A DNA stretch of 64,000 bases from an uncultured Gammaproteobacteria bacterium. Its GTDB lineage: Bacteria; Pseudomonadota; Gammaproteobacteria; JABCZS01. This document shows positions 51,257-61,217 of the stretch, in pieces. Position numbers and translations under genes: made by a program. The stretch covers positions 736,001-800,000 of the forward strand of contig CAWKDC010000001.1 in NCBI GenBank assembly GCA_963848305.1. The letters run 5' to 3'. Below the pieces are notes generated by a model. It was given only the letters and a program-made list of their open reading frames with translations, made no database searches and was not told where the DNA came from. Position 1 is the first letter of the stretch; each line of letters starts with the position of its first letter.

Positions 51257-51575
51257 TCATGGAGATTTATATCACCGTCATATCATCGTTGATCCTGCTT
51301 CAAGACAACCAACAGGGTTGATTGATTGGGGTGATGCTCACATCAGCGACCCTGGGATTGATATATCTGTGGGGATGATATTCACGCCTGTCGTCTTTCG
51401 ACATTTTATTGATGCTTATGGCGGGGTAAGCGAATCCTCGCTCAACATCTCACGACTGAATGGCTTTGCGCACGCCGTGAGCTTTTTGGCTTATGCATAT
51501 GAACAAAATAGGCCGTCCCTCAAGCGCTGGGCAGGGCTGCAATTGAAAAGGACGATGGAAGAATTGGGAATATAG
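51257..51575 (+). pseudogene. 319-bp direct copy of the APH 3' end (47570-47888)
   Basis: Ungapped match from the HGD codons to the TAG; about 22 mismatches counted by eye. Confidence 0.92.
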
Positions 51576-51591
51576 CGGTATTTTTCCCCTA
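51573..51591. promoter_or_regulatory. 19-bp box 7 (overlaps the stop of the APH copy)
   Basis: TAGCGG-TATTTTT-CCCCTA; TGC-TATGAT at 21 nt. Confidence 0.75.
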
Positions 51592-51637
51592 GCCTATATA
51601 CACATCAGCTGCTATGATATTCAGTGGAGGACAACGT

Positions 51638-52309
51638 ATGACAACCGCCACTACCCAATACGGTGACACATTTAAACCTGTGTCAAATGGTCACGGCCTC
51701 CATGTCGGAAGCCAGCGGCAGGATGAATTGGACCTCAGCTGTCTTGAGTTCATACGCCAGCGCATTGCCTCAAATCAAATGGTGCATGCCATCGATCTCG
51801 GGGGCGGACTTGGCTTTCATTCCATTGAAATGGCCAAATTGGGCGCCTCTGTCACCATGGTGGATATTGCTGATACCGACACAGAAGAATTTTCGAACAA
51901 TCTCAAGTTTATTCAAAAAAATGTGATGGATTTAACGGAAGCTGATTTAGATTATATTGATGTGCTCTATTCACAGCGCGCGTTGCACTATCTTCCCTAT
52001 CGTGACATACAAAAACTTTTAAATTTTATGTTTAGTCACATGTCGGAAGATAGTGCTATTTTTATTTCAGCGGCAGGGTTGAATGCAGAATATGGTGGAA
52101 CCTATTTAGATCGATCTAAACCCATTGAAAAACGTTTTAATTATTTTTCAGATGATATGCAACAAAAATTCAATGTGTTTCAGAAAATTGTGTTGTATAC
52201 AGAGCAGGATATGAGAACACTCTTGACACAAATTGGATTTTTTGAAGTTTCTGTGTTTTCATCTTCTTTTGGCACTGTTAAAGCCATAGGAAGAAAACAA
52301 CGAAATTGA
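51638..52309 (+). CDS. Class I SAM-dependent methyltransferase
   Basis: IDLGGGLG, TMVD, YSQRALHY; RBS ggagga. Confidence 0.82.
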   Translation: MTTATTQYGDTFKPVSNGHGLHVGSQRQDELDLSCLEFIRQRIASNQMVHAIDLGGGLGFHSIEMAKLGASVTMVDIADTDTEEFSNNLKFIQKNVMDLTEADLDYIDVLYSQRALHYLPYRDIQKLLNFMFSHMSEDSAIFISAAGLNAEYGGTYLDRSKPIEKRFNYFSDDMQQKFNVFQKIVLYTEQDMRTLLTQIGFFEVSVFSSSFGTVKAIGRKQRN

Positions 52310-52470
52310 TGAGACGAAATTGAAACAAAGCTAACCGTTAAATCGGCACACAAGGTCGGGGGATTGGGCCCGTTCATTTTATGCGCCTCACGATAAGTTT
52401 TATATATTATACTCTAACTTAGTCGTTTCAGTAAACCATCAGTTTTTAACGCTTTGCAAGGGTTGTGAAT

Positions 52471-52953
52471 ATGAAAAATGAAACAATAGAAATTAAACAG
52501 CTTACTGATTGCCAGGAAGACATTCCTTATTTGGCCAAACTTTGGTATGAAGAAATTTCTCGGCATTGGGACAAGGATGCATCAGTTGAGAAAGCGGCTT
52601 CAATCCTTGTATCACAAGCAAACCATGAAAAATTGCCCATGACATTCGCTGCATTCATCAACGACCAGCCGGTCGGCATGGTATCATTACGCGAAAATGA
52701 TCGCATAGAACCTGCATTAGGTCCGTGGCTTGGTAGCCTGGTTGTCGATCCCGCTTATCGCAACAGAAAAGTAGGTGAAAAACTTATTGATACCATTAAA
52801 CAGCAGGCATTATTGATGGGTTATCGCAAATTATATCTTCTTGTTTTTGGTAAAAACATTCAATCTTGGTATGAACATCTTGGATGGACAATCATGAGGC
52901 AAGACATTTTATTTGAGCATCAAGTATCTGTCATGGAAATTGCGTTAATCTGA
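52471..52953 (+). CDS. GNAT N-acetyltransferase
   Basis: PWLGSLVVDPAYRNRKVG..L...WYEHLGW. Confidence 0.85.
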   Translation: MKNETIEIKQLTDCQEDIPYLAKLWYEEISRHWDKDASVEKAASILVSQANHEKLPMTFAAFINDQPVGMVSLRENDRIEPALGPWLGSLVVDPAYRNRKVGEKLIDTIKQQALLMGYRKLYLLVFGKNIQSWYEHLGWTIMRQDILFEHQVSVMEIALI

Positions 52954-52975
52954 GAAAACTTTGATACGGTTATTA

Positions 52976-52994
52976 ATCCGGAAAATCCCCCCTA
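52976..52994. promoter_or_regulatory. 19-bp box 8 (left half degenerate)
   Basis: ATCCGG-AAAATCC-CCCCTA; TAGAAT at 23 nt. Confidence 0.5.
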
Positions 52995-53050
52995 TTGAAT
53001 TAAACCTTCATTTAAGCTAGAATCATAAACCCAAAACGAGGTCATGAAGC

Positions 53051-54829
53051 ATGAACGATGTCCCTAAAACCCTATTTGCATTCATTAGGTACTCCCTAAG
53101 GCCTTATCGCGCCTTGGTGATTGGGCTTTTATGCACTGACCTGGCGTGGTCGCTACTGGGAACGTTGGGGCCCTATGCCATTAAAATGTTGATTGACAAT
53201 GCAAATGCATGGACTTCCGCATCCCAGCCCGATATTAACATGCTCATTTGGCCCGCCGCACTGTACGTCTTGGTGAACGTTTTACTTGGGATAAATTTCC
53301 GAATCAACGATGGGTTTAGCCGGTCTTTACTTCCCCGCTTACATGCGAGTATCACGCATACGATGTTTGCATATTTGAAAAATCATTCTCATCGATTTTT
53401 TCAAGATCATTTTGCTGGCAGCTTGAGTAATAAAATTTCAGACATGGCGGATGGCATTGTGAGCACCGTCAGACTCGCTAATGCATCGACTGAACAGTTC
53501 ACCGCGATGGTTGTGGCGGCTTGTGCCATGATGGTTGTACAACCCTTTTTTGGTGCTGTCATTATTCTGTGGGCAACGACTTTCATATTGATCTCCTATT
53601 ATTTTTCACGCAAAGCAGAACAATATGCTAACGATTACTCAGAATTGAGAAGCAGCATTTCAGGCAAAATTGTGGACAGTATCGGCAACATGTTGACAGC
53701 CAGGGCATTCGCCAGACGTGATTATGAACAAGGATTAATTGGTACAGAAGTCGATAGTATGGTCAAGAAAGACAGGCAATTGCAATGGTACATTTTGCAA
53801 TTGCGCATATGGCAAGATGTATCGATTGTTATTTTAGTCGCTACGATGCTTTCCGGACTTATCTATTATTATGTGAACCAAAAAGTCACGCTGGGCGACT
53901 TTGCCTTTATCATCACATTAACGATCTCGATCTTTCAATTCTTGTGGTATATCGCGGATCAACTGGTTAACTTTTCACAACAAATCGGCAAATGCTCTCA
54001 AGCGCTTTCTATTATTGTCATTCCGCATGATATCGTTGAAGAAGCCAACGCAAAGCCATTGGTTGTCACGCGCGGTGATATCACATTGGACAAAGTCACT
54101 TTTTCATACAATGAAAATAGCTCGATATTTGAAAACATTTCCTTGACACTGGAAGCAGCTAAAAAATACGGGTTGGTGGGTTTTTCTGGATCGGGTAAAA
54201 CGACTTTTGTGAATTTGATTATGCGGTTCTATGACATCCATTCAGGTAAAATTTTGATCGACGGTCAAGATATCAAAGCAGTCACGCTTGATTCGTTGTA
54301 CGAGCAAATTGCCATGATCCCACAAGAAACACAGCTATTTCATCGAACACTGATGGAAAATATTCGTTATGGGCGAATTGATGCGAGTGATGAAGAAGTT
54401 TACGCGGCTTCTAAAATGTCGAGCTGCCATGAGTTTATTGAAAAATTACCTTTAGGTTACCATACACTCGTGGGCGAACGAGGCATCAAATTATCTGGTG
54501 GTCAGCGCCAGCGTATCGCCATTGCGCGTGCATTCTTAAAAAATGCACCGATCCTGATCATGGATGAAGCCACTTCTGCACTCGATTCCATCACAGAAGA
54601 ATTCATTCAAAATGAACTGTATCAACACATGGCTGGGAAAACCACTATTGTCATCGCACATAGATTGTCCACCCTATCGAAAATGGACTCTATATTAGTA
54701 TTTGACCAAGGCAAAATTATCGAACAAGGGTCGCACGATGATTTAATTGCCCTCGGCAGGCACTATGCCAAACTATGGGCCATGCAATCTGGCGGGTTTT
54801 TGCCAGAAATGAAAGAGGAAAGCCAATAG
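53051..54829 (+). CDS. ABC exporter, fused permease and ATPase
   Basis: TM domain, GFSGSGKT, LSGGQRQR, ILIMDEATSALD, IAHRLST. Confidence 0.93.
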   Translation: MNDVPKTLFAFIRYSLRPYRALVIGLLCTDLAWSLLGTLGPYAIKMLIDNANAWTSASQPDINMLIWPAALYVLVNVLLGINFRINDGFSRSLLPRLHASITHTMFAYLKNHSHRFFQDHFAGSLSNKISDMADGIVSTVRLANASTEQFTAMVVAACAMMVVQPFFGAVIILWATTFILISYYFSRKAEQYANDYSELRSSISGKIVDSIGNMLTARAFARRDYEQGLIGTEVDSMVKKDRQLQWYILQLRIWQDVSIVILVATMLSGLIYYYVNQKVTLGDFAFIITLTISIFQFLWYIADQLVNFSQQIGKCSQALSIIVIPHDIVEEANAKPLVVTRGDITLDKVTFSYNENSSIFENISLTLEAAKKYGLVGFSGSGKTTFVNLIMRFYDIHSGKILIDGQDIKAVTLDSLYEQIAMIPQETQLFHRTLMENIRYGRIDASDEEVYAASKMSSCHEFIEKLPLGYHTLVGERGIKLSGGQRQRIAIARAFLKNAPILIMDEATSALDSITEEFIQNELYQHMAGKTTIVIAHRLSTLSKMDSILVFDQGKIIEQGSHDDLIALGRHYAKLWAMQSGGFLPEMKEESQ

Positions 54830-54911
54830 GTCTAACAACTAACCCAAGCCTATTGACAAGCTTATGAATGTATGTCAGATTACCTCTTTCGCAGTATGTA
54901 AAGAGGCTAAC

Positions 54912-55745
54912 ATGATCAATCCGTTACTCGAATCAACAAAAGCGGGCGATATTCGCCGCGTTGAGCAATTTGTCACCACAGCCACGCAAACACATAAAGA
55001 TCAGGCTCTTCTCGTGGCTACCCAAAAACATGAGTTAGACATTGCTGCGCTCCTGCTTGAACATCATGCCAACGTCGAAGCAAGAAATCCTTTATGCTTT
55101 AACACGTCTCCCCTGATGCACGCCGTGTGTCTTCAGGACAAAGCCATGGTTTCATTACTGCTCAAATACGGAGCCGATATGCAGGCCGAAAATGATGACA
55201 AGAAAAGTGCCATGGCATATGCAGAATCTGCGCGACACAATCCTGTGATGCACGGCACCACAAAGGATTGCGCTGATCATATTTATGGTCTGCTGCTCGG
55301 CAAAGAATATTATGACACATTGTGTATGAGTGAGATGAGCTTCAGTGAATTCACCACATATTTCCAAAAAACAACTTCTCTCAACCATCACATTAAAGTA
55401 GGCATTTATAAGCATGCTTTATCACTGGCAGGCGGATCGGCCGACAATGAATTGTTGATGCTTCAAAAATTGATCGCCGTGAATAACAATAACCAACCCA
55501 AACACCTCTTGTCTCTGTTTATGCGAACACTCGTGTTCAGCCAAGGCGAGGCATTGAATGATTCAGTGACCATTGAACATATCAAGCGGAAAATTGACAC
55601 ACTGCAAAAATCACTGGAAACAGCATCTCCTGAACAAAAAGAGCGGTATTCCTATTTCTGGAAAAGTGAGACAGCCTATCGTGAACGGTTTGCAACAACA
55701 CTCAAACCTATTCAAGGAAACTTAGCCTCTGATGATGTCCTGTAG
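54912..55745 (+). CDS. Ankyrin-repeat protein
   Basis: ALLVA...LLLEHHANVE, SPLMHAV...LLLKYGADM. Confidence 0.8.
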   Translation: MINPLLESTKAGDIRRVEQFVTTATQTHKDQALLVATQKHELDIAALLLEHHANVEARNPLCFNTSPLMHAVCLQDKAMVSLLLKYGADMQAENDDKKSAMAYAESARHNPVMHGTTKDCADHIYGLLLGKEYYDTLCMSEMSFSEFTTYFQKTTSLNHHIKVGIYKHALSLAGGSADNELLMLQKLIAVNNNNQPKHLLSLFMRTLVFSQGEALNDSVTIEHIKRKIDTLQKSLETASPEQKERYSYFWKSETAYRERFATTLKPIQGNLASDDVL

Positions 55746-55751
55746 AGCCCG

Positions 55752-57111
55752 CTAGATTTTGCCCAGGGCTTCTTGAATATGCCCGCACGCGTGGATCGTC
55801 ATGCCTTCTATGTGAAAACCTTTTGCATTGCCATGCGGCACAATCGCCTGCATGAAACCATGTTTATGCGCCTCTCGCAAACGTTCATGCCCGCCAGGCA
55901 CAGGACGAATTTCGCCGCCCAAACCCACTTCTCCAAACACCACCAAATCTTGCGGCAACGCTTGATTACGCAAACTGGACAGCACTGACAACATCAATGC
56001 CAAATCGCTGCCTGTTTCATTCACACGCACGCCGCCGACCACATTCACAAACACATCTTGATCATACGTGACAATACCGCCGTGCCGATGTAACACAGCC
56101 AATCCCATGGTTAAACGATTCGGATCAATGCCGACAGACACACGCCGTGGATTAGACGCATGTGATTGATCGACCAATGCTTGCAATTCGATCAACATGG
56201 GACGCGACCCTTCCCACGTCACCATCACAGTACTACCGGGCAACGCACGTTCACCGCGCGTGAGAAAAATAGCGGAAGGATTGGAAACTTCTTTCAAGCC
56301 TTTATCGGTCATCCCGAAAATGCCCAATTCATTGACAGCACCGAAACGGTTTTTGAAGGCGCGTATCACGCGATAACGAGAATCGGTTTGACCTTCAAAA
56401 TACAGCACGGTATCCACCATGTGTTCCAACACACGCGGCCCGGCAAGCGTGCCTTCTTTCGTCACATGCCCAACCAGAAAAACAGCTGTGTGTGTTTTCT
56501 TGGCAAATTGAACCAATTGGGCTGCGGCTTCTCGCACTTGACTGACAGAGCCCGGCGCAGACTGCAATGTATCGGTATACATCGTTTGAATGGAATCAAC
56601 GACTAAGAAAGCAGGTTTTTCTTTTTCTGCGTGCAATAAAATTTGTTCAATTTGTGTTTCAGCCAATAATTTAATAGGCGCTTTGGAAAAACCCAATCGA
56701 TGCGCGCGCAATGAGACTTGTTGAAGTGATTCTTCACCGGTCACATACAACACCGCTTTTTCCTGGCTTAAATGGGCCATGGTTTGTAACAGCAAGGTTG
56801 ATTTACCTATCCCCGGGTCTCCACCGATCAACACCACTGATCCTTGAACCAAGCCTCCACCGAGTACGCGGTCCACTTCGAGGGAACCCGTTGAAATGCG
56901 GGGGGTTTCAGCAAACACCACATCAGATAAGGATTGAACACTTTCAAGCTGCCCCGGCATATCCATCGCGTCGGGCTGATTTGGCTTGAATGACCACACG
57001 GGATTCCTCCATGGTGTTCCATGCGCCACAATCAGGGCAACAGCCCAGCCATTTGGGGGCTGATCCGCCACAGGCATTGCAGAGAAACTGGGTTTTTGGA
57101 GGTTTTTTCAT
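55752..57111 (-). CDS. radA: DNA repair protein RadA/Sms (+1 frameshift at 56952-56955)
   Basis: GDPGIGKST, KNRFG and a Lon-like C-terminus. The zinc-finger N-terminus MKKPPKTQFLCNACG...KWLGCCPDCGAWNT lies in another frame, joined by removing one G. Confidence 0.95.
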
Positions 57112-57220
57112 GTGTTTCATCCCTTAAACAAAGACCCATCATAACTGAGCTTTACAGACCCGTCAATCAAAGGTAAAATGTGCCGTTCGGCTCTCTTCGA
57201 CCCACCAATAAGGAAACGAC

Positions 57221-58483
57221 ATGCAGACTTCTTCTTCAAAGCGTCGCTTCAAGCTATGGCATAAAATCATTTTAGCGTTGATCACGGGAGCCCTCACGGG
57301 CTTTTTTTTAGGGGAAGATGCTGTCATTCTCGCCCCCGTCGGACGCCTCTTTATCAATGCCATTAACATGATCGTCATTCCCGTGGTCTTTACCTCGATT
57401 GTCTGCAGCGTCATGGCGATTCATGACATGAAAACGATGGGCCGCGTGACCGTGAAAACCATGGTCATGTATGTGGCCACCATGGCCTTGTCGACCTGCA
57501 TTGGGATTGGGTTTGCGCAAGTGTTTAAACCTGGGCTGGGGCTTCCGACGGAACTGGTTCAGGAAAGCTTAAGCCAGAATCCCATTGCAGCCGATTTGGT
57601 GGCCAAGAACAAACATGTCACCCTCGCCGATACCATCACGACCATTGTCCCTTCTAACGTCGTGGCGGCCTTTGCCAACGGTGATATTCTGCCGTGTATC
57701 GTCTTTGCCTTTATCTTAGGGTTGGCCATCGTGAAGGTACTCGCCGCGCGGCCGGTCGGTGATTTCTTCCAATCGGCGATGTTGGTGACCTTCAAGGCCA
57801 CCCATTTTGTCCTACAATTTGCGCCGATTGGCGTGTTTGCATTGATTGCACAAGTGGTAGGGACTGTGGGCATCGCGGTCTTGAAAGAGCTCTCTGTGCT
57901 GGTGGTCACGATTTATGCAGGGTGTTTTGTTGTGGCCGCCGGCGTCTATACGCTGATCTTCCTGTTTAATCGCATTCCTCCCCTGCCCTTTTTCAAGAAA
58001 ATGATCGCACCCATGTCATTTGCGTTTTCAACAGGTTCCAGCAGCGCCACATTGCCGTTGACACTGGAGACCACGCAGAAGCAACTCGGCGTTGCACCTG
58101 CCATTGCTGAGTTTGTGGTACCCTTAGGCGCGACGATCAACATGAATGGTTTATCTGTTTATTTAGGCGTAGCAGCGATATTTGTGGCCAATATTTTCGG
58201 CGTAGAATTAACCTTATGGCAATACGCGATGATTGTCATGACATCCACCTTGGCCTCCATTGGTGCCGCAGGTGTCCCAATGGCAGGCATTGTGGTCATG
58301 TCGATTGTGCTCGGCGGCGCGGGCTTACCCATTGAGGCCATTGCATTGATCGCTGGCGTTGATCGCATCATTGAAATGGTGACGACTGCTGTGAATATTA
58401 CCGGCGATGCGATGACGGCCGTGGTAGTCGCCAAAAGCGAAAACCAGTGGAGCCGTGCGGATTACATGAGTGATATCAAATAA
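57221..58483 (+). CDS. Dicarboxylate/amino acid:cation symporter (DAACS)
   Basis: FSTGSSSATLP, PLGATINMNG, IGAAGVP, VDR...NITGD. Confidence 0.93.
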   Translation: MQTSSSKRRFKLWHKIILALITGALTGFFLGEDAVILAPVGRLFINAINMIVIPVVFTSIVCSVMAIHDMKTMGRVTVKTMVMYVATMALSTCIGIGFAQVFKPGLGLPTELVQESLSQNPIAADLVAKNKHVTLADTITTIVPSNVVAAFANGDILPCIVFAFILGLAIVKVLAARPVGDFFQSAMLVTFKATHFVLQFAPIGVFALIAQVVGTVGIAVLKELSVLVVTIYAGCFVVAAGVYTLIFLFNRIPPLPFFKKMIAPMSFAFSTGSSSATLPLTLETTQKQLGVAPAIAEFVVPLGATINMNGLSVYLGVAAIFVANIFGVELTLWQYAMIVMTSTLASIGAAGVPMAGIVVMSIVLGGAGLPIEAIALIAGVDRIIEMVTTAVNITGDAMTAVVVAKSENQWSRADYMSDIK

Positions 58484-58492
58484 GAGGGAACT

Positions 58493-59986
58493 ATGAGCAA
58501 GAATGCAATTTCTCCCACACGGGCTGAGAATTATCCTGAATGGTATCAATCGGTGATCAAAGCGGCCGATTTGGCAGAAAATGCACCCGACATTCGCGGA
58601 TGCATGATCATCAAACCTTGGGGTTATGCGATTTGGGAAAACATTCAACGTTATCTTGATCAATGCTTCAAATCCACTGGTCATGTGAATGCTTATTTTC
58701 CTTTGCTCATTCCCATGAGTTATATTGCGAAAGAAGCAGAACACATTGAGGGGTTTGCGAAAGAATGTGCCGTAGTCACTCACTCCCGTTTAGAAGCCGG
58801 TCCTGATGGCGGACTCATACCTGCGGGCAAACTAGAAGAACCTTACATCATTCGACCGACAAGTGAAACAACGATTGGGCATGCGTTTGCGCGCTGGATA
58901 CAATCGTATCGAGATTTACCGCTCAAAATCAATCAATGGGCGAATGTCATGCGTTGGGAAATGCGGACACGGGTTTTTCTGCGCACATCAGAATTTTTAT
59001 GGCAGGAAGGTCATACCGCGCATGCGACTGTTGAAGAAGCGATGGCTGAAACCCTGCAAATGCTGGATGTCTACGCGGATTTTGCCCGCAATGTTGCCGC
59101 CATTCCCGTGATTAAAGGCGAAAAAACGGCTGAAGAACGATTCCCAGGTGCTGTGAATACCTATACGATTGAAGCGATGATGCAAGATAAAAAGGCGTTG
59201 CAATCAGGCACGTCTCATTTTCTCGGTGAAACATTTTCGCGTTCATTCGGTATTCAATTTTCTGATCAATCGGGTGCATTGCAATATGCACAAACGACTT
59301 CTTGGGGTGTTTCAACCCGCATGATTGGCGGACTGATCATGGTGCACAGCGATGACGATGGGTTAATATGCCCGCCACGTTTGGCACCACAGCATATCGT
59401 GATCATCCCCATCATTCGGAATGAAGAACAGCGCGTGCAAGTATTGACGTATTGTGAATCGGTTGCAGCCGGCTTGCGCGCTCAAACTTATCATCATGAA
59501 CCACTGCGCGTTTTGGTCGATGTGAGAGACATCAGTGGCGCCGAGAAATCCTGGGAATACATTAAAAAAGGCGTGCCCATTCGCATTGAAATTGGCCCAC
59601 GTGACATTGAAAATGATGCCGTATTTGTCGCACGTCGTGATGAACCTGTGAAGCAGAAACAATCGTATGCACGTTCTGAATTTATTGCCAAAGCGGTTAA
59701 TCTATTGGATGATATCCAAGCCAATTTATTGCAACGCGCCACACAATTTTTAACAGACAACACGCGACAGATTGATACGTTAGATGAATTTGTGAACCTC
59801 TTCAAACCTGAAGAAGCACCCGGTTTTGTGCAATGTTTCTGTCATGAAGACGCCGAATACAGTGAAATCGTCAAACCCTTGAAAGCCACTGCACGTTGCA
59901 TTCCATTGGATGCGACGGGTGAAGGCGTGTGTATTTTCACGGAGAAGAAGACGACAAGACAGGTGATTTTTGCTAAAAGCTATTAG
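58493..59986 (+). CDS. proS: Proline--tRNA ligase, archaeal/eukaryote type
   Basis: GYAIWE, YFPLLIP, RPTSET, FLRTSEFLWQEGHT, QSGTSH, C-terminal FAKSY; no INS editing domain. Confidence 0.95.
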   Translation: MSKNAISPTRAENYPEWYQSVIKAADLAENAPDIRGCMIIKPWGYAIWENIQRYLDQCFKSTGHVNAYFPLLIPMSYIAKEAEHIEGFAKECAVVTHSRLEAGPDGGLIPAGKLEEPYIIRPTSETTIGHAFARWIQSYRDLPLKINQWANVMRWEMRTRVFLRTSEFLWQEGHTAHATVEEAMAETLQMLDVYADFARNVAAIPVIKGEKTAEERFPGAVNTYTIEAMMQDKKALQSGTSHFLGETFSRSFGIQFSDQSGALQYAQTTSWGVSTRMIGGLIMVHSDDDGLICPPRLAPQHIVIIPIIRNEEQRVQVLTYCESVAAGLRAQTYHHEPLRVLVDVRDISGAEKSWEYIKKGVPIRIEIGPRDIENDAVFVARRDEPVKQKQSYARSEFIAKAVNLLDDIQANLLQRATQFLTDNTRQIDTLDEFVNLFKPEEAPGFVQCFCHEDAEYSEIVKPLKATARCIPLDATGEGVCIFTEKKTTRQVIFAKSY

Positions 59987-61157
59987 TAGCGATATCATTA
60001 TTGTCGGCGCAGGCGCTGCAGGCCTGATGTGCGCGATCGAAGCCGGCAAACGTGGGCGGCGCGTCCTTGTCTTGGATCACGCCAATAAAGTGGGCAAAAA
60101 AATATTGATGTCCGGTGGCGGCCGATGCAATTTCACGAACCTTCACATTGCGCCTGATCGTTATATTTCACACAATCCCCATTTTTGCAAATCTGCGCTC
60201 AGCCGTTATACGCAATGGGATTTCATTGCGCTTGTCAAGAAATATAACATCCCTTTTCACGAAAAAACATTGGGACAATTATTTTGCGATATCAGCGCAA
60301 AAGACATTGTCCATATGTTGTTGGAAGAAGCCAAAAAAGCGGGCGTCACCATTCAATTGAATACTGCGATCACATCTGTGACGAAAAATGAACATGCCTT
60401 CGAAATCACTACCTCATCAGGTATTCATACCTGTGAATCTCTCGTGATCGCCACAGGCGGTTTGTCCATTCCCACCATGGGCGCAACCCCTTTTGGGTAT
60501 CAGATTGCAGAACAATTCGGCATTCCCGTGTGGCCAACGCGCGCTGGATTGGTGCCACTCACGCTTCACACGGACGATAAAAACAAACTGTCCGCATTGT
60601 CTGGCATGTCAACTTATTGCCGTGTGTCGACCGATCAGATCGCTTTTGAAGAAAATATATTGATCACACACCGAGGACTGAGTGGCCCCGCGATTTTGCA
60701 ACTCTCGTCTTATTGGGAACCGGGCGAGAATATTCATATCCAATGTTTGCCAAACCTCGACTGGCTGGCATTATTAAAATCGGCTCGAACGACTTATCCA
60801 AAGCGCCATTTGATCAGTGTTTTAAGCGACCATTTACCGAGACGCATGATTGAAGTGTTGGTTGCTCATAAAACACTGAACACCAACATGGCTGATTTTT
60901 CAGATGACAATTTAACACACATCGCAAATCACTTTGCCAATTGGACCATCAAACCCAATGGCACAGAAGGCTACCGAACGGCAGAGGTAACATTGGGCGG
61001 CGTGGATTGCGATACCATTTCTTCAAAAACCATGGAATCATTGTCTGTCCCAGGTTTATTTTTTATCGGCGAAGTCCTAGACGTGACCGGCTGGTTGGGC
61101 GGTTATAATTTCCAATGGGCTTGGTCGTCTGGCTGGGCTGCGGGTCAGGTGGTGTGA
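59970..61157 (+). CDS. YhiN/HI0933 (BaiN) family flavoprotein
   Basis: GAGAAG, GKKILMSGGGRCNFTN, AEVTLGGV, GWLGGYNFQWAW. Confidence 0.93.
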   Translation: MLKAISSDIIIVGAGAAGLMCAIEAGKRGRRVLVLDHANKVGKKILMSGGGRCNFTNLHIAPDRYISHNPHFCKSALSRYTQWDFIALVKKYNIPFHEKTLGQLFCDISAKDIVHMLLEEAKKAGVTIQLNTAITSVTKNEHAFEITTSSGIHTCESLVIATGGLSIPTMGATPFGYQIAEQFGIPVWPTRAGLVPLTLHTDDKNKLSALSGMSTYCRVSTDQIAFEENILITHRGLSGPAILQLSSYWEPGENIHIQCLPNLDWLALLKSARTTYPKRHLISVLSDHLPRRMIEVLVAHKTLNTNMADFSDDNLTHIANHFANWTIKPNGTEGYRTAEVTLGGVDCDTISSKTMESLSVPGLFFIGEVLDVTGWLGGYNFQWAWSSGWAAGQVV

Positions 61158-61217
61158 AATGTGCACAGCCAGACAATTCCTAAGGCCAAAGGCCCGTGGC
61201 TCTTACTGAAGGTGCAT

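Noticed and set aside
37592-52374. Weak extra boxes at 37592-37610, 50313-50331 and 52356-52374
   Set aside because: Only one half-site matches or the -10 spacing is off; not counted without a PWM score.
39164-52994. 19-bp boxes as integron attC sites or terminators
   Set aside because: They lack the RYYYAAC...GTTRRRY structure, are too short, and no integrase is present. Their placement upstream of genes at fixed distance from -10 hexamers, including between divergent genes, fits operators.
56940-56960. Programmed frameshift in radA
   Set aside because: No slippery heptamer or stimulatory structure; an extra base in a 4-nt run is simpler.
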